Source of the DNA: Iphione sp. A-MEVVRFRX5
Lineage: Eukaryota
Reading direction: 5' to 3'
DNA: 64,000 nt
Assembly (NCBI GenBank): GCA_976226885.1
Contig: OZ320316.1
Location: forward strand, 89,094,001-89,158,000
Shown piece after piece: positions 52,487 through 61,700 of the stretch (positions within the stretch are counted from its first letter, which is position 1; each line of letters starts with the position of its first letter). Made by a program: the position numbers and the translations under genes. Under the pieces are notes generated by a model. The model did not search any database and was not told where the DNA came from. It was given only the letters and a program-made list of their open reading frames with translations.

Positions 52487-54475
52487 CGGTGCTTTGGTGG
52501 TGTGGATAAACTGGTGGTAGGTGAGGCTTATGTAGTCGAGCTCGAAGATAAATTTGTCTTATCTACTGATTTGATGGGAGTAGCCAGTTTAGATGATACA
52601 CCAGAAGCTGAGAACCCCCAGACGGTGTGTGTTGACGGAGAGATTCCTTGTGTCGATCCCGTGATGTTGGACGTTGGGAGCGTAACCCAGTCGGACAGTC
52701 GAAAGGTACTTTCAGACTCTTTCATTCATGACCATATTTTTCAGGAGCAGAATATGGACGATGATTATTTGGTGACATACAAATCACCAGAGAGTGATGA
52801 AGTTGTACGAATTTTTGAAAAGTGTGTTGATGCTAAATGTAGTTGTAGGCATCTCTTGGGGGGGGGTAGCAGCCAGCCTACTCCCATGTCGTTGTATTAT
52901 GCCTATATGTAAAAGCTTGCTGTCTGATGAGCAAAAGTGGTTTTTATGGAATGGCATGGTTAAAGGCTTCAAAATTGTTGACGATCCATGTAACACGGCT
53001 TATGATTGTGTGAACTATAAATCCATTACTGATGGTGATTTTTGTATAGCTATGACAAAGAAAATTGAAGAGGAGGTTGCATCAGGTGTGGTATCTGAAG
53101 TAAATTGTAAACCTAAATGTATCAATGCATTGGGAGCGGTTAGCAAACCAGATGGGTCACTAAGGCCCATAACAGACTGTTCCATGCCGGTAAACAAAGG
53201 TATAAATAATTACATGACATCAACTTATAAGCCTTTCCATTATAACACGGTTGACAACATTGCATTATTGCTGGAGCCCAATGAATACATGATGGTAGTA
53301 GATGTTAAAAGCGCTTACAGAGCAGTCCAGGTGTGCCCCGAGCATCGTACTTATCAGGGCTTTGCTTGGAAGCAAGATGACCAAAGGAGATATTATGTTA
53401 ATAACAGTCTTTGTTTCGGGCTTAAGTGCGCTCCTTATATTTTTTCATGTATATCTGACCTTATAAGAATGGAGTGTGTCAGGCGCTGTAATGCAAGGGT
53501 GGTAAATTATTTAGATGATTTTATTATCATCAGTAATAGTTATGATTCTTGTTTGGAAAAAGGCAACTGCATGATTGATGTAATTGAAGCTATGGGTTTC
53601 AAGGTTGCTAAAGAGAAAGTCACTGCCCCAAGTAAGGTGTGTCGATTTCTAGGGATTGACATTGATTCAAGTGAAATGGAACTCAGACTGCCGATAGACA
53701 AGGTGGTTAAGTGTAAGGGTGCCATTAACACTATCTTATCTTTAAGAAAGGTATCAAAGAAATCTGTGGAAAAACTGTCTGGGTTGTTAGCTCACTGCGC
53801 CACCGTCATTAAAGGGGGCAGGACTTATGCTCGCAGTGTCTATAATTGGTTAAATGATTTCAAGTCGAACCGACAGATGAAGCCAATCCCCGATATTGTT
53901 GAAGCAGACTTGAAATGGTGGTTAACCTTCATGGAATTGTTTAATGGTAAAAAGAAAATTATTGTTGATCGTTTTCCGTCAGCCTGTATCACAACTGATT
54001 CCTCGAGCAAGGGGTTTGGGGGGTGGTGTGGGGATGACTGGTTTTTTGGGAAGTGGGATGGTGATGCTTGGCCATTGGATCTCTTCGATCACCACGTTGA
54101 ACCCTGCCCTAGTGGTATGCAAGGGGGATTACACATCAATGTCTGTGAACTATGGGCAGTGGTTGTGGCTTTGAAGCGGTGGAGCAGCTGTCTTAGAGAC
54201 AGGATGATCAAGATTGTTACAGATAACATGACCGTTTTATTCATGTTGCGCAGTGGACGTAGTTCAAACAGACTCTGTTTGTCTTGGCTCAAAGAAATTT
54301 TTTGGACCTGTAGCATATACAATGTATACTTTGTAGTGGAGTATGTCTCTAGTGAATGTAACACGGTAGCGGATTCGTTGTCAAGAGGCTATGATAAATT
54401 AGCTTTGCATGTGTTAGGAACGACGAAGTGGATTGACACTTGCTGTTGCGGTGATGTTCTCTCCAATCTTTGCAG
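51963..54475 (+). other. Predicted 2513-nt intron joining the gag 5' part in frame to YR
   Basis: Donor CTCG|GTAAGA in Gly codon 51962-51964 (phase 1); acceptor TTCTCTCCAATCTTTGCAG|GT in Gly codon 54475-54477 of the YR frame (phase 1). Inference from splice consensus and phase only. Confidence 0.55.
52487..52912 (+). CDS. Pol N-terminal extension, in frame with gag after the TGA; probably joined to RT across the G9 run at 52858-52866
   Basis: Open frame from CGG (52487) through VDKLVV...CVDAKCSCRHLLG. There is no ATG near its start. Removing one G gives HLLGGVAASLLPCRC..., continuous with the RT ORF. Confidence 0.65.
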   Translation, partial: RCFGGVDKLVVGEAYVVELEDKFVLSTDLMGVASLDDTPEAENPQTVCVDGEIPCVDPVMLDVGSVTQSDSRKVLSDSFIHDHIFQEQNMDDDYLVTYKSPESDEVVRIFEKCVDAKCSCRHLLGGGSSQPTPMSLYYAYM

Positions 54476-54575
54476 GTCTGAGAGAGGAACTTTCGGAGGA
54501 GATGAGGACTTTGAGAAGGAATGCAGCATCAGAAAACACATGGAAAGCCAGAGATTGTCAGTGGAAGTGCTATAA
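52794..54575 (+). CDS. pol: Reverse transcriptase / RNase H (DIRS/Ngaro type)
   Basis: RT motifs LRPITDCS, VDVKSAYR, LCFGLKCAPYIF, YLDD (53508-53519), GFKVAKEK, FLGIDIDS. RNase H acidic residues in TDSS, INVCEL, TDN and NTVADSLSR. Confidence 0.96.
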   Translation: MMKLYEFLKSVLMLNVVVGISWGGVAASLLPCRCIMPICKSLLSDEQKWFLWNGMVKGFKIVDDPCNTAYDCVNYKSITDGDFCIAMTKKIEEEVASGVVSEVNCKPKCINALGAVSKPDGSLRPITDCSMPVNKGINNYMTSTYKPFHYNTVDNIALLLEPNEYMMVVDVKSAYRAVQVCPEHRTYQGFAWKQDDQRRYYVNNSLCFGLKCAPYIFSCISDLIRMECVRRCNARVVNYLDDFIIISNSYDSCLEKGNCMIDVIEAMGFKVAKEKVTAPSKVCRFLGIDIDSSEMELRLPIDKVVKCKGAINTILSLRKVSKKSVEKLSGLLAHCATVIKGGRTYARSVYNWLNDFKSNRQMKPIPDIVEADLKWWLTFMELFNGKKKIIVDRFPSACITTDSSSKGFGGWCGDDWFFGKWDGDAWPLDLFDHHVEPCPSGMQGGLHINVCELWAVVVALKRWSSCLRDRMIKIVTDNMTVLFMLRSGRSSNRLCLSWLKEIFWTCSIYNVYFVVEYVSSECNTVADSLSRGYDKLALHVLGTTKWIDTCCCGDVLSNLCRSERGTFGGDEDFEKECSIRKHMESQRLSVEVL

Positions 54576-55404
54576 AGACTTTTGTAGCAAAGCTGGGTTT
54601 ATGACATTACCTTGTAGTGTTATGCAACTGTGTATGTTTTTGACTTTCCTGGCGAGAGATAAATGTTTTTCGTCTATAAGAATGTATTTATCTAGTGTTA
54701 TTTATTTTTCAAATTTATATGGTTACCCATTGTCAATACAGGGTAATTTTGCTGTTCAAGAGGTGTTGAAAGGTATCAAACGTACAAGGAATTTCGTTGT
54801 TAGGAAAGCATCTGTGATTTCTATTGAAGACATGTCAGCACTCTGTGATACATTCGACTTGTCTAGTAAGATGGATATGATGTACTGGACTGCTATGTTG
54901 TTTGCTTTCCGGTGTTTATTGAGAAAAGAGTTATATACCTATCCAAAGTGTCTTCTTTGGGAGGATGTGAAATTTGTTAAAAACGGCATGTTATTAAGAA
55001 TTAATAAAGGTAAAACTTTCACTGATTCCTCTAGGAATATAGTAGTTCCAGTGGGTTATAGTATTGTTAAAAAATTCTGTATAGTGAATTTGTTGAAAGC
55101 GTGGAAAATTGTTTGTAAAGGTGGTGGTTTAGATCCGATTTTTTGTATCCGAGAAGACCAAAATAATATATGTTTAACTTATAATATGTTCAGAGACGCT
55201 TTACGTAAAGCATGTGATTGTATTGGCTTGATTGATGTGACTAGTCACTCGTTCCGTAGAGGTGGTGCCTCGTTCTTAGCCTCTAAAGGCGTTTCTCTTC
55301 ACGAGATCAAGTTTAGAGGGGATTGGCGTTCCAATTGTGTTTTCAAGTATATTGACATGAGTAAGGAGGATTTATTTAAATCCAACGAGTTGTTGTTTGT
55401 TTGA
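54433..55404 (+). CDS. Tyrosine recombinase (integrase) ORF3, overlapping the end of RT/RH
   Basis: SAM-like N-terminus (NTWKARDCQWKCYKDFC), FRCLLRKE (catalytic R), INKGKT, HSFRRGGAS (H-x-x-R, H codon 55246), RGDWRSNCVFKYI (W...Y). Confidence 0.96.
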   Translation: MTLAVAVMFSPIFAGLREELSEEMRTLRRNAASENTWKARDCQWKCYKDFCSKAGFMTLPCSVMQLCMFLTFLARDKCFSSIRMYLSSVIYFSNLYGYPLSIQGNFAVQEVLKGIKRTRNFVVRKASVISIEDMSALCDTFDLSSKMDMMYWTAMLFAFRCLLRKELYTYPKCLLWEDVKFVKNGMLLRINKGKTFTDSSRNIVVPVGYSIVKKFCIVNLLKAWKIVCKGGGLDPIFCIREDQNNICLTYNMFRDALRKACDCIGLIDVTSHSFRRGGASFLASKGVSLHEIKFRGDWRSNCVFKYIDMSKEDLFKSNELLFV

Positions 55405-55414
55405 TTGGGTTTGG

Positions 55415-55467
55415 AGTCCTCCAGCTTGTTGTTCCCCAATCTGTCGTTATGTGTTATTATATATATA
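55415..55467 (+). repeat. Split direct repeat B1
   Basis: AGTCCTCCAGCTTGTTGTTCCCCAATCTGTCGTTATGTGTTATTATATATATA, identical to 55625-55677; overlaps A2 in the TA run. Confidence 0.97.
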
Positions 55468-55614
55468 TGAATGATAAATAGGATATTTATTATAGTATAT
55501 GTATGTAACCATCCACTTGTTGCTGTGCTAAGAGAGTTGCTATGTAACCATAGAGCCGATGTCGTCATGTTCCATTGTCAACGGATTCACTCAGCCAGTC
55601 GCTTTTAAATTTTT
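55460..55614 (+). repeat. Split direct repeat A2
   Basis: Identical to A1 (51457-51611). Confidence 0.97.
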
Positions 55615-55624
55615 GTCTTAATGA

Positions 55625-55677
55625 AGTCCTCCAGCTTGTTGTTCCCCAATCTGTCGTTATGTGTTATTATATATATA
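55625..55677 (+). repeat. Split direct repeat B2 (3' end of the element)
   Basis: Identical to B1; separated from A2 by 10 unique nt (GTCTTAATGA). Confidence 0.97.
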
Positions 55678-55790
55678 AATATGCTAACTGTAACATTGTG
55701 TGATAGCTTTTACACTGTTGGTGTGCACTAGTGTGATCCAGTTTAATGTAAACCAATACGGAGTGGAATATAATGCAAAGTGATGAAGAT
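55678..55790 (-). mobile_element. 5' continuation of the same LINE ORF2, displaced by the Ngaro insertion
   Basis: The minus-strand frame ...CKSYHTMLQLAYL joins YIRSLRYKHDL when the element is removed, restoring the APE start motif. The distal limit is uncertain. Confidence 0.7.
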
Positions 55791-58700
55791 GATCATATTC
55801 TTTTAAGAATGATGAGAGTTGTCTCAGCATAGTGAAATTTTCTGTCACTACGCTTTAAGACCGCCACCCAGATTACATTGTTTCATGTTACATACCTACT
55901 TACTGTCTATGCATGATTGCGTCTACAAATGCCATTATGATTTTTTTCACTCGTTTCCATGAGTTTTTATGGGGATAACCGCCTCTCGATCGTTGACATA
56001 AAGACAATATGTACCAATAAACCTAAATACAACCAGTAGTTAGCGCGCAGTTATTCTATCCCTCCGACGATTGATATCTTTTGAATCGATGTCATCAATA
56101 TCAATGAATTGTCACCCTCTTTATATGTATAGATGATGATTATGCGGAATTGGATACATACATGTAGAAATATTTTCTGTACTTTATGCACTGAAGCCTA
56201 CTTCCAAACGGAGTCTATTTATAGCAATGGGATTGTATGCATGGGAACAAATTCATCATCAATCCGTTATTCAGAATCTGATCTTAAATCGAAAATAGAA
56301 AGCTTTTGTGATAAAATATTATTAGAGGCAAGTCAAAGTTCTGGTGAAATAGTCGCAACTTTACAATCTCGATTCATTCCGTCATTTTAGACAGCCAGCT
56401 GGTTGTAGTTACTTTTTCAGCTGTAGGTCTTTATCGGTGGCAACATACGCCTGGATTGTATATCGAATATGGGAGGTGACAAGACTGGCCAGATCATGGT
56501 GTAAAGTCAACTCGGCGCGTTGGAAGTGGTTACTGTCGAGGACTACCATGGGAGCCGTTACACGCTGAGAGTGCGTTCATTCTGTGTAAGCTCCATGCCG
56601 ATTTCCCTCTGCATGCAAATCAATGATGGCACTGCTCCAACTGTATGTTTCCTGCTGGCATTCAAGGAAGAATCAAATTGGGCATTTACAAAGTTTTATA
56701 TACCCTACAGTTCGACTAGGCTGCGTTAAGCCCAATGGAAAACTTTACTTTTCAGGCTTCCATACAACTGCTGCCTTCAAAGTACATGTTAGCCTATATA
56801 ATGAGGAGCCCTTGATATTTTACTTTAGCCAAGTTCTGCTTTATATGCATAACAAATTCTTCGGAGATCGAGGTCAAGTTGGATGATTCAGTTCTTATCA
56901 GGCGACCACAGGTCATAGCAGCACCTAATGAAAAGGCATGATGTGACCGAGATGTGGCGGGCAGCGTGAAGCAGGCCCCGGCCTTGAACTCTTTAACGTT
57001 GATTAGTATGCAGACCGTCATATTAGTCATAATCGGTGACACGAATATTTCAGTAGTGGCCCTACCGTTGAGTCACAGCATGAAATAGAAGCATTTCCCG
57101 AGGGTTCGTTTCAGGCATTGCCTGTCGAGCTTCACAGATTATCTTCAGAGTTTTTATTTCCACATCATTAAAGTTATGAGACAAACAACGAAGGTCAGGA
57201 TAATTCAGATTTGCCCCCCCCCCCACCTCCACCCGCTGGGACCGAAGTTCACACTAGACTTGGTTGTGGCTCATAGACGAGAGGATTTGCAGGGACTTTA
57301 GTGGGTGTTCACGCGTGATAAGATCCGGCCTGCCGTTTTGCCCCCTCGCCCTCCCCCTGGCTCTCAAGACCAGGCCCAGGGGATCCTCAGGCCATCGTGG
57401 AGTCGCGTGTCGTGCCATGTCTTCTCCCGCATGTGTAGATACGACGCATATCGATATCCATAATGGTATTGAATGGCTCAGCTTCGAATGCCCCTTTACG
57501 CTAATTAGTCCCTTGAATACCCGAATGACCCCGCGATTGGATCCCGAAAACTTAAACGCCTGAAAGATGGGGAACATTAAATGGTAGCTGAGGAATGAAA
57601 TGAAGAGACAGAGTATCCTCATTACTTTAATGACATCGTTATTTTTGGCATTTAACTAGATGGCAGTAGCATATTTCTCATTAGCTCTGGAATCCCGCTA
57701 TGTGCAGCGAGCCTTGATATTACCTCTTGCACGGAAGTGCAAAGTTGTGTTCTCAACTTGCAAGTAATGGTTCGTTATTGTGATTTGGCGGAAAATCCTA
57801 ATAGAGAAACAGGTGGTCTAGGGATACTCCAATAGTTGGATAGGTTCCTCTGAAAAGTCGTATGGAAAGGGGAAAGTTCCTCTGCCGCAAAATCCATTCG
57901 GAATTGCAACATGTTTCTCGGTAAAAGCCGGCGATTAAACAGGGCAATCGGCGATCGATAAAGTATGGCAGTGCTTAGGGAGCCCTTTGAGGTGCAACCA
58001 AAACCCGAGCAGAAAGGAATGCGCTGTTAAAAATGAATGAGATCGCACCAACCGGACGCTCATTGTCTAGACAGGTGTACGGAGCAGTGGGCTGTAAAAC
58101 GGGCTGCCGGCACATGCGCACAACGTACGCCTTATCACATGTCAGCATCCATCATTTTCAAAACCAGATTTAGCCGCTGCACTGACGGTCCTTTATCGCC
58201 AGCCTCTTCCCTCTTCATCATGGTACGTGCGAAATATCCGTCGAGGCAGGTCTCTTCAGCTTGACTGCAGGTACAGGTAGTTGAGAATATAGACAGTAAC
58301 ACCTCCTGCAACGCAACAGTAAGCGGGCACTCTGGGGGCCGCCATTTCCCTTCGCACACGATATGTCGCATTCCTTCGGACGAATCACTTGAGTGAAGTG
58401 CCATCACGTTTGGCAGATAAATGCGTCTGATTGGGCAAACATAATGTAATTTAGTCGTCTGAGTCTGATACCTGTAATAATTTAGAGCAGATAAAAGTAT
58501 AGAAATGTACAATATATTTAGCAACAAGTCTGAGTCGTCCTTCGATATGTGCCAGAAGTGTTTCCTTAGACCTTTATTTATTACAACTTAGCGTCTACCA
58601 ATTTTTATCCTTTCATCACATTCTATTCCCTTGTTCTGGGTGGACTAGTCCGAGCCGGGGCCAATCTGTGCCGTGTCATGATCTGAATAGGACCGTCATG

Positions 58701-61700
58701 ATCCTCACCTCAACTGCTGACTCCCATAATAATGCAGAGAGTTGAGGGTTTATGGACGTGTACGAGTGCTGCGAATGCCAACGACGGCCTTCTAATAACG
58801 CGAGGCCACGGCCGCCATTGGCCGACCGGCCTCTGTGTCGAGTTAAACAAACACTTCATTGTGCGAGCACACTGACACAGGCCATACGCATAGCCGCGAG
58901 TAGGACACTGAGAGTGCGATTTTTATCAGGCGATATTGTGAGCGATACATGGGGACTAACGAGTGAGAGATGAACATGAAAACGTTTCTGTGAGCTGAAA
59001 ATACGCTCAAAGTCTAAAGTGTCTAAAGTTCAGACGAACCTGCTTATCTCAAGTTTATGTGTTTGTTTTTCTACCAGTAGATCATCAAATGAGAGGCAAT
59101 GTGGCAGTGCTGAATATTAGAAAGTAATTAACGATGGCGGTCCTATACAATTTTGAAATTGCGATACGGGATTTCAGTCATTATCATTCAAAGACATAAA
59201 TACAGGAAAGCCTGCAACGGGGCAACAGAGTCACTTTTTATGGTTTTAATTAGAACAGTAAATAACGAAGCGACCCGAAAGAATTACAACGGCCACCCCG
59301 TCGAGTGCAGCATTATAATATCAATGGTGAGCAGATGCAAGCACAGGGTTAATAAAACAAGTTCCAAATGGTGCCGGACGTAATGAATTATCGCTTTGTA
59401 TAATGATGTCAAGTGCGCCGTAGCCGCTAATGGGGACGCTCCAGGGGTATTGTGGTAACACCCAACACGAAGGAGGCGGCCTCACATGATAAGATACTTC
59501 CTGTGCCGACATTAGGCATTTATGCCGGAAGGACGGCAGCTTCTGGTCTCCTGCTCCAACCCCCGTCTCACCCCAACCCGCAAACACGCCTTCATGGTGT
59601 CACAATATAACTGAGCTCATTGCACGCGAGTGGCCTCACTTGGAGGCAATAACCTGAGGCTGCATGCGATATGCCTGGCCATTCCGGCAGTCTCCCATAG
59701 ACGTAGCTTTCCATAGACCGACTCATTCGGGGCCAGTCGTTCACATACATTACCGTATATCTGCGTTGCGCTGTCCTTCCCAAGACATTCTTTTATCAGC
59801 AGCTGAAGGGCATTGTCTCCTCGAAAGGAAGTCCTTGGCACAGGAAACGCCCTTTCAGCGCACGGTCTCCTGATGGCGACGGTAGACCCAGGGTGGGCGT
59901 CACGAGAACAGCTCGTAAGTGCATAAATCGCCAAAATGTCATCTGAGTAACTCATAGTAAGAAGCAGTGTGTGTTTTGGTAGAAATACACATTGCATCAT
60001 TACTTTATGCAGGATAATTCAGGATTAGATAGGATCGGCACTATACAGTAGAGAACAAAGCGTTGATCAATATCTACAATCATGTGGCAGTAAATAAATT
60101 TTGACTAAAAAGATCTTTATATACAGTCTTGTTAAACTGGGAATGTATAGAGTTTTGTGCCTGTTTCCTAGCACAGTAATTGAAAATCATGTTAATATAT
60201 AGGACTGATGTCATTCTCACGGTTATAGGCTGATTCTTTGGGAGAGCAGAATATGTCAATGTCGTTTTTCATCCCGTCACTCGTTGCAATGGACTTCAAT
60301 GATGGCGCGGTGCCACACGCATAGATCACACAGTCCTTATGAACGTAATAAAGGGAAGCAAGCACGCGCCAAGGGCCGACCGTTTAAGCAGTTTCTGTGC
60401 TTTCGCTGCTTTTTAAGGGGCAAAAAGCAGCAGCAACAGGCTCTGTATGTACAGTTTTATACAGTGCCCGCGTATACGGCAAAGGCTCCTTCTTTGAGAA
60501 GAAAAACACCGTAAACAATATAAGTGCTTCATAAACTTTGCATGACAATTGGGACAAGCAGAGATGACCTTCTTCTAAATATAGGCTGAACAGTCTACAT
60601 TGATACATTGGTATTGCCAGCGTTTCCTTCCAGTGTGCGTTTACCTATGCTTAGTTTTAGAAACGCAACACGACATCAAGGACATCAAAAGCTTCCAGAC
60701 GTAGGTATTATAATGTGCCTCGGTCTGGTATTTATTCTCCATATTTCACAAAACCTGTCTTTTCTGACTGAAATATTCATTCGCAAGCACATGTGCAGGC
60801 TTTACATAGAATACGCATGTGTTTAGGGGATGAGAAATATAAACGGCCCGAAGCAATGAAATTTAACACTAAGCCGTCTCTCCCCGTAGCTCGAACGCGT
60901 CAACTTTCACAGCAATAGCCTAGGGATGGACGTCCCGTAAATGACCTTTTTCCGACAGGATCTCCTGCCTGACGGCTTAAGGTCATTCTAAGCCCGCTTT
61001 CTAAAGAAGGCATGTAAAGATCAAACGGGTGTTACCGACGCTAAGGTGTCGGATCTAGCTTTGACAGTCGCGCAAAGGTGGCTGGCCCGTGGAAATGTCT
61101 GCGAGGTTTATCTTCTTTTCCCGCTTAAACTCTCAAGGTGCTTCACCAGCAAGTTCGTTTTCAAGACGAAACGGTAAGGCCCTCTTGTGTCGTCGTTGTA
61201 ATGGCTTCTTGATCCCATTGTTTTTAAAGGGAGCGTGCGATGAATTAAAGCAACCGCCCAAGAGTTGGCTGTTGGTGAAAGACTGCACCCAGCCCTATGG
61301 CTCGGTCAATAGTGGGGTCCCCGTGAGGTTTGACTCCGTTTATGGATGGCGGCCACTAGGGACGCTCGCATCGAAGGATCAAGATGCGCCGAGCCCCGAG
61401 TACTTCCGGAGTGGCGCCCAACTCTCGACGTTATCAGCCTTCGCGTACACCGGACAGACGAAGCATCGTTTGTTTATCTATACTTTATAATTGCTACCTA
61501 TTAGCGGCCGCTATCTAGCGAACTAAGTTAGAATAATGGTATGCAAAGTAGGAGGTGACATTTCACCAGTAAATCAATCCTCAAAGAATGAGATCACACA
61601 TTTTGGTGAATTTTTCCTCACGGGAAGTTATCGATTTAAATACATCACCGAGAGGTCTTTTGCCTAGCGGCTCCTGTAATAACCCACTTACGTATATCAT

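Larger units (their letters stand above)
51457..55677 (+). mobile_element. Full-length tyrosine-recombinase retrotransposon (DIRS order), Ngaro/PAT-type with split direct repeats A1...B1-A2-B2
   Basis: gag, RT/RNase H and YR ORFs in that order. 155-bp repeat A at 51457-51611 and 55460-55614; 53-bp repeat B at 55415-55467 and 55625-55677. No inverted terminal repeats and no methyltransferase domain seen after RNase H, which fits Ngaro/PAT rather than DIRS1-type structure. Confidence 0.95.

Noticed and set aside
49110-54364. Antisense or alternative-frame ORFs over the LINE and Ngaro coding regions (49110-49424, 49820-50065, 50108-50434, 51987-52483, 53015-53197, 53540-53731, 54089-54364)
   Set aside because: Shadow ORFs of real coding sequence with no independent motifs.
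55415-55677. Repeat-spacer-repeat pattern that might suggest CRISPR or LTRs
   Set aside because: Only two copies of each repeat, in A...B-A-B order around gag/RT/YR; no cas genes, TG...CA ends or PBS. Explained by Ngaro split direct repeats.
58135-58527. IVCEGKWRPPEC resembling the end of a sushi/CCP domain
   Set aside because: The N-terminal sushi cysteines and a clean exon structure are absent.
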